Origin: Lama glama
Taxonomy: Eukaryota
NCBI GenBank assembly: GCA_028534125.1
Contig: CM052817.1
Span: 17,858,001-17,922,000 of the forward strand
DNA length: 64,000 nucleotides
Direction of reading: 5' to 3'
Shown piece by piece: positions 50,340 through 63,990 of this stretch. The notes under the pieces were generated by a model. It saw only the letters and a list, made by a program, of their open reading frames with translations. It did no database searches and was not told where the DNA came from. A program made the translations under genes and the position numbers. Each line of letters opens with the position of its first letter. The stretch's first letter is position 1.

Positions 50340-50801
50340 GGGGCCCCTCTGAGCACGTTGGTGCCTAAGGCAAAAGAAGACATGTGAGCCCGTAGGCTTA
50401 TCAGAATATACTCTAGTATTTTGAACCAAAATGAAAAAAGATAATAAAAGCTCTACATTTAAAAAATGTCTATATGTACAGCCCTGGGTGGCCTCATCTG
50501 TTCGAATGCCATTGTCAACCCTTGTAAAGTGGGGAGAGGAGGTTCCATGAGGAACCACAGGCTGATGGAAATGATTGTTCCTGTGGCATAATAATGCAGG
50601 GTCGTGAGGCAAACAAATAAATAACAACAGCTTACCTCTATTTAAAAGTTTGATATTTTGTTCAACATCAAGTTTTGCATTAGTTTTGATTAAAAATATT
50701 GCATTAAAATATTGTTTTTATTGATTACTGAATTTTTTGGTGCCCTTTCAATTTTCTGCCTAAGGCAAGTGCTACACTTGTTCACTCTGATCCTGGTCCT
50801 G
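50340..50801 (-). mobile_element. MER96B-like hAT element
   Basis: ttgatattttgttca...ttttgcattagttttgattaaaaatattgcattaaaatatt...gattactgaatttttggtgccc...cctggtcctg matches the reverse of the recalled MER96B 5' end. Confidence 0.68.
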
Positions 50802-50809
50802 CTTGAAAT

Positions 50810-51670
50810 AGGAAACCAAACTCTGGATTCTCCAGCCCACCCCCTTCCAACCAACCCCAATCTCAAACCTGTTCCTTGTTCATCTCAGCAAATGTTAGCT
50901 CCCTCTCCCAGTCATCCTTGATGTCTTGCTTTCTCCTATCCTCCACGTCTAATCCATCAGTACATCTTGTCCGTTCTACCTCCAAAATTACCCGCTGTCT
51001 TCCAACACTACCCACATTGTCTAAGCCATCATTTTCTCTCTACTGTATCACTGCAAAAGCCTCCTAAATGGTCTTTCTGCCACTACTCTCCAGAAACTTC
51101 CTGGCTAACGCAGAACAAAATCCAAAGCCATTTAATGTCCTATAAAAGCCTACATGATTCAGGCACCCACATCCCCACTCCACCAACTCTGACTTCATCT
51201 CCTCGTCCTTCCTTCCCTGCTCCCCTGCTCCCATGCTCCAGCCACACTAGCCTTCTTTCTGTTTCTCAAATATGTCAAACTACTCCTGCCTCAGGGCCTT
51301 TGCACCAACTGCCTCTCTGCCTAAGAAGCATTCCCACAGATATCTGCATGGCCAGATAACCCACACCATTAAGATTTCTGCTTAAGTATCACTTCATAAA
51401 AAAGTCTTCTTGACCATTATTTTTAAAATAATGCAATCACCCCACCTCCCACCCCATTCTTCCCTATCACCTGCTTTTATTTTCTTCATAAAGACCAGTG
51501 ACCACCCAGTGTAATATATACACTTATATGTTTATTTGGGTTTTGTTTTCTTTTTTTGCCTGTCACCTCCCACTAAATTTAGATTTACTTCCATGAAGGT
51601 AGGGAGTTTCAACTATTTAGTCATGTATCTCCAGTGTCCAGAACAGGATCTGGCTTAGTGTAATTTCTTG
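50810..51670 (+). mobile_element. L2 LINE 3' fragment
   Basis: ctccagccacactagccttctttctgtttctcaaa...cctgcctcagggcctttgcac...ccatgaaggtaggga. Confidence 0.78.
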
Positions 51671-51761
51671 GAGCAAATGTCCTCAAACGTGACTCCCACC
51701 CTAAATGATAGTTAAGTATATTATTCTTTGTCTTATTTCTAGTTACCTACATAGCCTATTT

Positions 51762-51936
51762 TTTTAATCTTTTGTTATTATTATTTTTCTTCAGAGGGAG
51801 GTAACTAGGTTTTATTGTTTTTGGGTTTTTGTTTGTTTGTTTGTTTGTTTTTTTTTAAGAGGAAGACTGGGGATTGAACCCACGACCTCCTTCATGGTAA
51901 GCAGGCGCTCTACCACATGAGCTATACCCTCTCCCC
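51762..51936 (-). mobile_element. Vic-1-like tRNA-derived SINE
   Basis: Reverse complement GGGGAGAGGGTATAGCTCATGTGGTAGAGCGCCTGCTTACCATGAAGGAGGTCGTGGGTTCAATCCCCAG; TSD ctacaYRgcctattt at 51747-51761 and 51937-51951. Confidence 0.9.
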
Positions 51937-53394
51937 CTACACGGCCTATTTAAGTTTACGTATTCTGGATTTTTCTCTCTGTAAACAGGATCAGATCTTT
52001 CTGGTGTTTCTCCCTTTCTCTCTCTCTCTTCCTCCCTCCTTCTTAGCACTGCTTCAGGCAGTTAATAAAAATCTGATTATGGTAATGATTTTTCTCATTA
52101 AACCAAGAAGATGTGGTACAAGTAGACTGACAGGTGGCTGAAAGTCACCCCGGGGAATCACACTGATTAGTACTCCGTGAGTTAGAGGTCAGAACGATTT
52201 AGTTCTTATTATGTGAATAAAAACATTGCAAAGCTTGTTTATATTGCTTGTTGATTACTCCATTGAGCCTTCTTGTTAACACATTGGGGAAAATAAATGT
52301 AATTGAAAGTCACCTTTACCAAAGATAAAATGGTCCATCAAAAATAAAAATAAACTTCAAAAAAAAAAAAGCAAGTGAAACAATTTTGGGAGAAACGAAT
52401 GGCAGTGAGTCAGGCTGCAACAGACTTGAGTGTACACGGGACAGATGGAGGCTTGGCATCTTAGTGCAACTCACGCTGGACCTAACACTATAGTATGACA
52501 GCGGCCAGCATTCATTGGATACTTTTTAAGAGACAGGCACTATGGAATCCTATAAGATGGTAATGTTATCTCCCCATTTAACTGACAAGCAAACTGGGGT
52601 TCACAGAGGTAAGTAACTTCTCCCAGGCCCCAAGGCCCTAAGAGGCACACCCAGCCTACTGAATATATGCCCAGGGGAATCACAAAAATATCTGAGGGAG
52701 CTCTTCTTATCTCGAGAAAGCTTTGAGTCCAAATTTATTCTGCTTTAGACAGAATCTGACACAACCCGAGAAGGAGCCAAGAAAAAATGATTTAAAGGAA
52801 CGGAAATGTGTCAAGAAAGCCTAAAAGCCAACGTTTCCATGGTAAAGGAGGGAGAGGGCTGAAACGAAGTTTCCTCACCCTTTCTACTCTAAAATGATTT
52901 CTTACTTTGCAACAGAGAAAAACGCAGGCTGATTGTCTACTTCATTTGAACTTTTGAATGGTCGTACAATAATAGAATAGGAAAGGGTAATTGAAAGATT
53001 ATAAAAATTGCACTGCTCTTTAAATTGTCCACTTACACATCTGGGGTAGTCAGAGGACTGAGGCAAATGCCATTTAAACACTAGTTCTCCAGGAAGTTGA
53101 AATGACAAGATGAGACTGGAAGTATGAGGCAGTAGTCGAATGACTATACCCTGTGTGTAACTTGCCATCGCTTCCTGCCGTACTGCGGTGCAGCTACTTG
53201 TTGAGTGTTTCCTCTGTTGATTGTGGGTGTGACAGCAGCACCCACTTCTTTTTATTGCTATAGTTCCAGTGCTATATGGTTTGTTGAGTTTACTTATAAT
53301 AAATAATGGCCACCAATGTTCATAATGAAAGACAAATTAGACCCCTCCCCTCAAACCTGTTTGTGAATTGTAGTTGAGCCAACAAGTATTAGTC

Positions 53395-53910
53395 AGATCT
53401 GTCAGTTATAAGGGGCAGAATTTTAACTCAAGTTGGCTGAAGTTAATTGTGGATCCTGTGATGGGTAGTTTACAAAAGTAAAGCAAGTCTTGTAGGAATC
53501 ATGGCAGCTCCAGGGACAAATGGGATTGAAACTGGACTCCAGTGCCCCAGGACTCTGTATCACCTATCTGTCATATTTCTGGTCTCCCTGTATTCTCATC
53601 TGCAGAAGATGAGCTTTCTTCGTGTGGAAGGGAAAAGCCCACCGGCAGCTCCAGTTTGCATATATATTTTTTATCTCCTTGTCCCTTCAACTCCAATTGG
53701 AAAAATCCCAGAGAAAGTCACATCTGGCCCTGCACGGCCACTTTCTCACCCTTGAACCATCCTCCCTGGCCAGGGGAATGGGAGACTGCGACCTTCCACA
53801 GAGAACGGCTGAGGCGCCGGGGAAGAGGGCAGGAGTGGGGCATCGTTCAGTTGGAGGAAGATCTCTTCCTCTACTTGGAGGAGATGTGCTATGTGGACAA
53901 AAACAACAGT
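53395..53910 (-). mobile_element. MaLR LTR (old MLT1)
   Basis: ggaactc/cagtgccccaggactctgt...ctgcagaagatgagctttct...gcagctccag motifs; degraded. Confidence 0.5.
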
Positions 53911-54481
53911 CACCTCAGAAACATTTTGCTATTTGGAATAAATCTGACATCAATATATATTTACTGAGTTTCCAGAGATTGACACTGAAGGTTGGGAACA
54001 GCAAGTTTGAGACCCAGTGTCAAGGAGTTGGGGACGCTCAACGCCATTGCGCAAGCTGACTCCATCTTCTCATCCTTCAAATCCCAGCTCAAATGTCAGT
54101 TCCTTAATTTGCAAAGCCCTTTGTTATATATTCTTAGAGAGTCCTCTTTCTTTCCATAAGGTAACTTGCCTTGATGCACTTGCTTGTTGGCTCTTTTGAG
54201 TAAGTTGATGTCCTCCCACTAGTGTAAGCCCTGTGATATGAGGCAGGGCCCCATTATTTAAGCTCCATGGTATCCTCAGCACTGAGCACACAGTGCTTGG
54301 AATAAAGGATATAATTGCTGCAGATATCAACACAAACAACCTATTTGAGGAAATGTGAAGAGAGAGTAAAGTTGAAAGCCAAGGACTGAGCCTTGGGAAG
54401 AGCCTAAATTAAATTGAGTAAGAGGGGGGCGAGGTGAGCCAAACGGAGGTGAGCCTGAGGAGGGAGACCCAAGCACCACTC

Positions 54482-55025
54482 TGTTAGGTAGTTAGATAAG
54501 TAGGGCCACCAGGCAGATAGGTGGAGAGGGAGGATGGTCTGGAAGATGGCTGTATGTCCGCCTCCAGCATAAAGGAGCTTTACTTCCTCTAAATGAGTGC
54601 CAGCAAGGAACTGGTTAGAATCCGACAGCTGCAACTGCATGGTAGTGAGAGGAGCTAACCTGAGTGACCCAATGCTTATTGCAATATAATTAGCATTGCA
54701 GTTTAGGCTCCCTCGCCACCGTGGGTTTTTCTGTGTGCATCATGGGTAAGGACATGTGCAAAGGGGACAAGCATGACAAAGCACTCCAGGGGCCAGAGCT
54801 GTCAATCAATCAAGAGACCACCTCTAAGCAAGGGTGTAAGAGAAGGGAAAAACAAAGACCACTGCTTGGATCAGTCTGTCTGCCATTCTTAGAGGTGTAC
54901 TTTCCCTTTGCTAAACAAAACCTTTAAAATCTTTTGCTACACAACACTTCCATCTCCCATTTGAATTCTTATCTTTTGGGTAAGACAAGAAGTGAGGTCT
55001 TTTCCCTTCCCCTTTTGGGGTAAAA
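54482..55025 (+). mobile_element. ERV1-class solo LTR
   Basis: Starts TGTTAGGTAGTTAGATAAG (similar to the start of the 43068-44981 LTR), U5-like gaattctt...aagacaagaa, ends ggtaaaa; 4-bp flanks actc/actg. Confidence 0.7.
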
Positions 55026-57777
55026 ACTGTAGCCAGGATAGGATAAAATTTCCTTGAAAATGGAGACACGGCAGTGTTTACTACAGGGAATCAGAAAAGG
55101 GTAAAAAAAAAAAATTGTAAAGTCACAGCCCCTTAAGTTAGTTCTAGAAGAGAGAAATGAGACTCAGCTCACCACCATAATCCCTCTTAACCCACATCAG
55201 CACTGCTCCCCCCGTGGTTCAGAGAAAGCGCCCCCACTTAGAAAAAGCCTGAGCACTTGACCTTCATTCAGCCTAAGAATTTGATCTGGGGTCTTTGCAG
55301 CCTTTAAGAACAACGAACAATTTCAAAGCTTCTGCTTGTTATTTATTTTGTTAAAGGTCATCAGTTGGGATTCACTTCGGGTGAGAGAAGGGAGAGATTA
55401 GATCTTTATGCGCAAAAGAACGAAGACCCGCCCTGGAATCGAGAAGCTGAAATAGCGAGCAGGGACGCTGGGACTTCTTTACTCCAGCTGCACATTAAAC
55501 CACATGGGGAGCTTTTAAAACATAACCGCATCCTGACCCCGATTCAGGACATGTGAATCAGAAACCCTGCAAGCACAGTCCAATCACTGCAATTATGGAT
55601 TGAGCTAAACTGAACTAAATTGTCTTATATGATAAGGTGAAAACACGGTCTTCCGTGGTAGAGATAGTAGGCGGCTTTTGGAAGTTTATCTTCCTCTGCC
55701 TGGGGCTAGACATGGGAGGCTGGAACTTGTGAGAGAGAAGATAGGAGGGGGACTTTGATCTGATGAGCAGTGGACCTTCATCATCATGGTGGCTGGCCTT
55801 GGGCTAAGGAGGTAGACAGCCAATGTTGGCTATCCCCCAAGTCCCCTCTTCACGCCTGTCCCCCATGAAAGGGCCAGCCAATGAACTTCAGGATTTGTGG
55901 TATCTAACTTATGACTGATACCATATTGAATTCTTTTGTCCTCTGTGGTAATTGCTCACAGTAAAATTGTGTTAGCAGGGCAACGAGGAATGAGGGAAGG
56001 GGCTGTGCCCACATTTGGGCAACAGAAGCAAGATGGGAAGAGGTCCCCAACAGGGCAGCCTGGTATAGCTAGGCTTGAGGGAGGGGACAAGCATCTCTCA
56101 CTTAGTAATCTTCCGCTAGATCTGGCAAGACACTGTGTTTCTTGCAGGAATGCAGAACGAGGGCAAAATATTTTATTTGAATATAGCTTTTAAAAGTAAC
56201 ACGAAAGAGCAATACATTTGACTGGGGGTAAGGAGGTCAAAAATCAAGGAAAGATTTTTTGATTTGGCAAACAAATCAAATGTGGGAACATCCAAACCAT
56301 TGATTTCAAGGAATGAAGTCATATTTGTAGGGACTCACCAACAGGGTCTGTGCGTGCACACATTCTGGGGCCGGTGGTGAGGACAAAAAGAATCAATGAA
56401 GGTACCGTTATTCAAGCAACAGAGAATATTCGATGCTCACTTGGTCCAGAAATTCCGCAATAAAAAGAAGAGATATCGAATCTCAGACAGAGGAAGTTAC
56501 AGAATCAGATGAGGATGCTCTTATGTGCTTGATTTTGAGACAGGATGGAGGTGTGCAGGCTTAAGAGAGGAAGGAAGAGGCACCAACAGGGAACTAAAAA
56601 TATTAGAGAGGAAGGGCATAAGTGTGAGCACCCAGATGTAAGAAGGATAGGCATTTCTTAGGTGAGTGGTCTTGAAATTTTCGATTGTGCCACCCCCATC
56701 AATAAAATATTTTTGAGGGCTTACAGTGAATTCGAGTGTATTTATTTACTTACAAATTACTTACGTGGCATTATTAAATCATTATAAAATTAGGCAAGTG
56801 TGCATTTAAAATGATGACAGAAAATGAAATCTTTTAAAATAATTTTAACTTTCATGACACATAAATCTTTCCTTTTTAAAATATTTATATGCATGACTAT
56901 ATATTATTAATAGCAATAATATTTTTAGGCACAGCAAAGTGATTAAGTGTGCTTCACTATTTTTGAAAATCTTGATTTAACATTTTGTATTATAGTAATT
57001 CAAAGGTCTGGTTCTAATTTTAGCTTATTTTAATACTCGATTATGTCTGTCATGGCTGAAAAAGAGACCTTGCAGAGAAACGCAGATTTGACTGGAAGTA
57101 CTGTTATCATTTGCTTTACTTACTAATTTATGATATTCTCGTTTTATTCCCACTCATCAATTATGCAAAGGTTGTGACTGAAATTCAGCTAGGAAATGTC
57201 CATCTTCCCCAGTGTCAGTCATTTGTTCTCATAAATTAACTGTAAGGCATTCTGTCTGTATTTTTAACAAATGGGTTTTAAACCCATTGAAATTCTTTGT
57301 TTAGGAAAAAAATTATTTTTACTGAGTGATAGCACACAATAAAATACACTGATCTCAAGCTCGATAGAGGATTTTTCAGCAGTAGAAATTTCAGTTTCCA
57401 AGTTTTTCAAGTGCACAGATATGGCTGCTTTTATAGGTAACAAACATAACCTGTCTGCAACAACAGTGAAACAACCTTGGAAAACTCTCAACATCAGTTT
57501 CCAAACTGATCCCTGCATAGCATAAATACTGTTTTTAAAACAATGACATTTTTTCCCCTCATCATTAAAAATCACCCTTACCTTGAAGGGACAGATTAAA
57601 CATATTTACTTGTCTCAAAAACATTTGCTAGGTAGCCTTCTAGTGACATTTACTTGTCATCACAGGAAAGGTCAGCAGACTTCTAATATTTATGCTTTTT
57701 TGTAAAAGGAAAATGAGTATCATCTCTAAAAAGTTTGACGATTTAACTTGAGAGAGCTGCTTTGTCTGTGGGGTACC

Positions 57778-58200
57778 GTGTTACTCTACTGTTGCTGCAA
57801 TGATGCTGTAACACAAACAACCAGAGGACCTCAGTGACCCACAGCATAGACATTATTTCTTGCTCACAGATCTGGGAGACACTGGTCCTGGTTGTGGGTG
57901 ACTGGGCTTGGCTCTGGGCTGCTTCATGTGTCTTAGTCTGGAACCCAGACTGACAGGTGGCAGCAATTCAGGGCATATTCTTCTCCTGGCTACGGAAGTG
58001 AGCAGGGCTTGGGTAGTGCATCTTAAGCTTCTGCTCATGTGACAGCCTCTAGCATCCTATTGGCCCAAACTAGTCACACCCTAAACGCGAAGTCAAGAGT
58101 GGAAAGAACATTGTGCCCACACTGAGTCTGTGTCAAGGCTATTGAAGTATAATTTTCCAGCTGGAGAATTAAGAATTGAAACCAAACATTCAGTTCACCA
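57778..58200 (-). mobile_element. MaLR LTR (MLT1H/I-like)
   Basis: ctactgttgctgcaatgatgctgtaacacaaacaacc...ttatttcttgctcacag...catcctattggcccaaactagtcac. Confidence 0.72.
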
Positions 58201-58411
58201 CAGGTTCCCGAGTTTTGCGGTCATTTCTCATCTCACTGAAACATATTACACAAGCATTCCCACAGGGAGTGCTAACTTTGTCATCTTTCCCTGGGAATGT
58301 GTTTATGTATTTCTATCAATACTCTGGCCCCATCAGTAGTTTGTACTAAAACATTTCTCTCTCTTTTTCTTAAATGGAAGCCATTCTTTATTTTTTTTCA
58401 AAACAAACAAC

Positions 58412-58630
58412 ATTTTTATTAAAGTACAGTTGATTTACAATATTGTGTTAATTTCAGGGATACAGAAAAGTGATTCATATATATATATATGTTCTTTTTC
58501 AGATTCTTTTCCATTATAGATTATTACAAGATATTGAATCTAGTTCCCTGCACCTTGTTCTTTATCTAGTTTATATGTAGTAGTGTGTATCCATCCATTA
58601 AGCCCAAACTCCTAATTTATCCCTCCCCCA
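58412..58630 (-). mobile_element. Lineage-specific L1 3' end
   Basis: tttttattaaagtacagttgatttacaatattgtgttaatttcagg...ttcagattcttttccattatag...tagttccctg. Confidence 0.85.
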
Positions 58631-59139
58631 AGAATTCACTATTGAGTTCTTCTACTGGACACTTTTCCTTAGAGGTTCCCATGCATACACAAAAGGAGTC
58701 AGTCTTTCCTTTGTTTGTTACTGAAACAGAACCTCCAAAACTCTGTCCAGTGAAGCATGCAGTCATGACTGTGTTTACCTATAACAGAACAGCAAACTTC
58801 CCATGCTGCTAACTTTGTACTAATACTGATTTATTCTATTCTGCGGCAGCTTTTTGGGTACATCTTCCAAGAATATTTTCTGACAGATGAATGTTTTGTT
58901 TGCAATCATATTATTTTCAATGTATCATTTCAGCCATTTCACAGCCATGGGATGAACCAGTGTTTCCACCTATCATGTGCGGCTTGTTTGGTTTCAAATC
59001 TAAAAACATTTCATGTGAGTGTTCTAAATATTTATCAGTCAATGTAACAAAATGTTGTAAAGGACTAGACTGATATCATATGATTTTAAATATTGCTGAA
59101 AAGTAGTAGAGGTCTTTCATGTTTTGCCTGCCTGATTTT

Positions 59140-59400
59140 TTTTTTTTTTGTGATGTGACTTGATGTGCTATCAGTGGAGAATATCCACTATGTCTGAAAA
59201 GGATATTAAGACAGTTTTCCCTTTCCCAGTTACATATCTGTGTGACGCTGGGTTTTTTTCATTAACCGGAGTCAACATAGCACCACAGATTGAATGCTAC
59301 GCAGATTGAAGAATCCAGCTGTCTTTTATTAAGCCAGACATCAAAAAGTGTGCATAAATCTAAAATAATGTCCTTTTATCACTAATTTTTGTTATTATTT
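59140..59400 (+). mobile_element. Charlie1-like transposase 3' fragment
   Basis: 59205-59264 translates IKTVFPFPVTYLCDAGFFSL; followed by cagattgaatgc...gaatccagctgtcttttattaagccagacat (RLNA...RIQLS.IKPDI). Confidence 0.75.
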
Positions 59401-59419
59401 TAAAACAAGTTAATAAGCA

Positions 59420-60115
59420 ATCTTTTATTGTGGTAAAGTATACACAACATAAAATTTACTATCTTAACCATTTTAAGTGTAGAGTTCGGTGATATTAATA
59501 AACATTTACATTTTTGTGCAACTATCACCACCATCCATCTCCAAGACTCTTCATCTTGCAAAACTGAAACTCTGTACCCATTAACCTTCCTCTCCTCCCT
59601 CCCACCAGTCGCTGGCAACCACCATTCCACTCTCTGTCTCTATGATTTTGATTACTCTAAGTATGTCATAGAAGTGGAGTCACACAGCATTTGCCTTTTT
59701 TGTGCCTAGATTATTTTACTTAGCATAACGTCTTCAGGGCTCATTCATACTGCAGCGTATGTCAGAATCTCCCTCCTTGTTAAGGTTGAATAATATTCCA
59801 TTGTATGTATCTACCACATTTTGTTTATTCATTTATCCATCAATGGGCACTTGGGTTGCTTCCATTCTTTAGTTATTGTGAATAATGCTGCTATGAATTT
59901 GGATGTACAAGTATCTCTTCAAGACCCTGCTTTTGGGGAGGATGTAGCTCAAGTGGTAGAGTGCATGCTTAGCATGCACAAAGTCCTAGGTTCAAACCCT
60001 AGTACCTCCTCTAAAAAATTAAATAAATCAATAAAACCTTTTTAAAAACCTAATTACCCTCCCCCCACAAAAGACCTTGCTTTCAATTCTTTAGGTTATA
60101 TACCCAGAAGTAGAT
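59420..60115 (-). mobile_element. L1 3' region (L1MA/MB-like) interrupted by a SINE
   Basis: ttttattgtggtaaagtatacacaacataaaatttactatcttaacc...ggcaaccaccattccactctctgtctctatga...gggcacttgggttgcttcca. Confidence 0.85.
59935..60070 (+). mobile_element. Vic-1-like tRNA-derived SINE
   Basis: GGGGAGGATGTAGCTCAAGTGGTAGAGTGCATGCTTAGCATGCACAAAGTCCTAGGTTCAAACCC...CCTAATTACCCTCCCCCCACAA; TSD aagaccYtgcttt at 59921 and 60071. Confidence 0.92.
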
Positions 60116-63100
60116 CTCATTCTTGGACTGGCATCTTCAGTAAAGTGAGATATTTCCAGTCTAATTGACAGGACTTAAAATTTCTTGTTCTTTCTTTTTC
60201 AAGGTCGTGTTATCTTTATCTTTGTGATCTAAACCAAATAGTCGATACAGTACAATTTAGAAGTTTCTTGAATTTTTTGTGTTTTGCCATTTTGTACCTT
60301 TGAAAATGGGCTATGACTTTTCTTTGCTGTTAATGGCAGAACCATCCATTTCACTACAGTCAGCTCTGACAAAGTTGAGAAAACCATTTAAAATCAGTCA
60401 TCTTTTCCTTCCTGGGCTTAATAGACACCTATTTACGCAAAGACAGAGAACAGATCTTTGCATTTCCAGGAATAGGGGCGATTATGAGACTGTGCAAATA
60501 GTGGTCCCAGACAGTGTGATGGCTAATAGAATTTTATGCCCTTCAGGAAATAGGAAAGCAACCCAAGCAAGGTAAAGAGCAAATTATGAATGGACTTCTT
60601 TTTCTAACAAAGCATCCAAAGAATTAGACAAGGAACATTAAGCCCCATAAGAAGAATGAAGAATAATTTGACCTGTTGACATAACAGACTCTGAATTATT
60701 GGGAAATGAGGTTTATCTTTAGCCATCCAGCCTCCTCCTTTTATTAATAATGATCTCTAATATTTTTACAGTACTTTGCAATTTACATAGAGCTTTTCTA
60801 GTTGGTGGCACCCTCCTCCTCATGGTTTCCCCTGGTCCCTGTGGACTTCCACCAAATCTGATCTCAGAAATGCATTTGCTCCACTAATTCTCAGTAAGCA
60901 GCTTCAAATCCTTTATGGAACAAGACGAGGTCAAACTGAAAAAAAAAATTCATTCAAACAAAGGTAAAAATGACTGATAATGTTTAATGTGTGACCTTTC
61001 TACAGGCGTTTATATTTTACCCAAAGATAAGGTCTTAAGTTAAACAGATGAATCTGTAATTCTATGGGTCAGGCAGCAGGAGAGATTTGAAATGTCCTTT
61101 TTGATATCCTTAGAAATGAAGCTATTTATGAAGCCATTTTGCTCTCTGGGAAGGTATTTCTCCAGGTCTGCATAGTTGATGTCTTGGGTTTCTTGGATTA
61201 GTTGAATTTAATTAATTAGAGTCCAGATTTTCAAACCATCCAAAAATACTGACTCAGGACTTTAGAGATTGGGAGAATCTTAGAACTATTTTGAACACAC
61301 TTTTTATTTTATAGATAAGAAAAGTGAGGGCAAGAAAGTCTAAATTTGATGAGTTAAAGCCACAAGATCCAAATGCTTGAATAAACAAGGAAGTTGATAA
61401 AGACTAAATCTCAAGTTAAAAGTCTCTTGAGATGTATTGTTGCTATTTAGATACAGACCAGGAACACTATTTTTGGTTGTTGTTGCTGTGGTTGTGGTAG
61501 TGGTGGTTGTGGTTTTTTAAAGCCAGCTGAACTACATCTGAGCAGTGGGATGTTACAATTCCGGTGCTTCTCAATGTGGCCTTTTGATCAAGCGTAATCA
61601 TTACTTTTTGTCCCAAGACTAATCATTATTATTTACATTAATTTCATACTATTCTCTGTATATTTATGAAATTTAATATATAGCAGAATACTAGAAAAGT
61701 CAACTAATTCTCTTTGATACTGAGCTCTTTCATCACATTGCCAAAGATGCCCTTCCTTAAAATGTGGTATCACTGAGTTGCTGGGCCCCTTGCTAGCCTT
61801 ACACCATCATAGATTTTTGATGAAAGATCCTTAAAGATCATCTTATTCAGATACACTGTGTGGCTAAGCAGATGAGACACTGAGACCCAAAGAGCCATCT
61901 AGTTTGTAGAGCCAGAATTGAGAGCCTGAATCCCCTGAAGCTGTGTCCAGCTCTTCGTCCACTATACCTCATGGACTATTTTGCAATAAGCCCAAAGGTG
62001 GCTCCAGAAAGACACTTATCCCATGTATTTCAAAAATAGAGAATGCTGACTGGTGTGACTCCTTTAGAGTAAATCCAATTCTGGAAGAGGAGAGGAGACT
62101 AAGCGATTCTTTCCCAGGCTTTCTGAGCTCACTGGAAATGTTCTCAGATGATGTGGTTGTCTTTAAGAGGCTGACTTTTCCATTCAGCAATTTTTTGTTT
62201 TGCTTGGCCTAACAAGAAAGGAAGATGCTTAACTGAGTGATAGAGCCAGTGACATCTGAACTGGTTGTTTGTTTTCTGTTTCTCTCATTAAGTATTTCCA
62301 ATTTATGCTGAAAATTCAGAAGCTCATCTTAAAGACCAAAGGTTACAATCAAGATTAATATCAAAGAAGTCCTTAAAAAACTGAAATACCAAGATCCTGG
62401 TCCTTGGAGGAGCTGTTCTTTCTTTCTGAGAAAAACCTGACGACTCGTGCTGGTTGTAGAAATTTGTAATCTGCTATAAAAGTTGAGCATTTATGATTCA
62501 AAGATTTCCTTGGCTGCATTTTCACTGAATCGTCTGGAGGAAAATTGGGGAAAAAAAACAACAGCCAATTGTCTGGGTATTTTAGCTACCTAATGACAAA
62601 CATATGGCAGTTCTGCAAGTATCATATGACTACCTGAATTTATTTTATCATCCAGATTTACAGTCATGGACACAGTTGCATTCAAGCCTGCATTACCATC
62701 AAGGAACAATTTGTTTCTACCTGGAATATAATTGGAAATTTTAGGCACAGATTTCAATGATTACTAGCTTAATGAATGAACATTGCTTAGTTGAATATGA
62801 AACAGTACAACTGATATACTCAAAAATGAGTTGGAAAAATATCTCATAAGAGATAGAATGGAGGCAATGCAGCTGCAGTGTATAATCAGAAGCCAGCATC
62901 CTGTTGACATAATGAGGTATATTTTAAACATGAATTTTCGCTAAGACAATCATTTTAAGTTTCAATATAATGGCAGGTCTCTGGAAGGCTAAGCCCTGAG
63001 TTCTACTGATAACTAACAGGAAGGAACATCCACACATAACTTTCAGTTTCAAGCATTCACACTCACCTTCCGAGAGTTCAACCAAGAAATTCCTGATGTC

Positions 63101-63856
63101 CAGGAAATAGTGGAGAAAAAACACATGAAACAGACTTCTGGTGGTTAAGCCATCCAGTCTGTGGCATTTTATTATGGCAGCCTTGGCCGACTAATACTGT
63201 CCTCTGTGGTGAAGATGGTAGCTTGGCACTCAGCAAGCCTTCCAGCCTCCCTCCAATGTGTCTTCCTGTAGTGTAGAGTCAGAGAGCTCAAAGTCTTCTC
63301 TTTCAGTCTTGAACGCAAATTAGCTTCCCCAGTTAGATGCCCTTATGGGAGATTTGGAATGTGGAAGTGAGGCAGGGGCTGTCTTCGGGCTGCTGTGGGT
63401 GTTGCTGGGACGATCACGGTCATGAAGATGCTGAGTTGTTCTGCAACAGCATTCTAGTATCCAGATCCCAGCTTTGAGGGCATTGAAAGACAGATGTCGT
63501 CGTGGTGGAAGTCGCCTCTTGATTGCTAGACGGCCGCCCAGGCAGTGTATCTGCAAACTCCCCAGTTCCTAAAGGTGATCTGATTCTCCCTCGCTGACTG
63601 TGCCAGGGGTAGCAGCCACCTTGTGAGTCACCTTGACAGCGTTGTTTCTGGAACCCTGGTCTAGATCTTGCTCTTCAAGTCTTTCCTATTCCATAAGTAT
63701 TTTAATGGTTTATATAAAATCTCCTTCTGCTTAAGAAAGCTAGAAGGTTTAACAACTGAACCCACATTGTTGCATTCTCCTCTGTGTCTTTGGCCTTGAG
63801 CACGATGCCTGGCATGTGTAGACAATGAACAAATGTTAATTGCTGTTGTCTAAATG

Positions 63857-63990
63857 AGTGGTTCTAAATCTGCTAATGAAGAACACAAAGGCCCAGGCTC
63901 ATTGAGGTAGAACAGGGCCCTAGTCCTTGTAGTTTTACCAAGTTACGTAGGAGATTCTAATACTCACCAGAGTTTGAGGAACTCTGGTTT
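63857..63990. mobile_element. MER5-type hAT MITE
   Basis: agtggttctaaa...gattctaatactcaccagagtttgaggaactctg termini. Confidence 0.55.

Larger units (their letters stand above)
56665..59100 (-). mobile_element. hAT-Charlie transposon relic with degraded transposase, interrupted by MLT1 and L1
   Basis: Minus strand near 57040-57105 reads TVLPVKSAFLCKVSFSAMTDI, like the hAT dimerisation motif (LPFxSTYLCExxFS); terminus agtggtcttgaaatttt near 56665. Confidence 0.6.
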
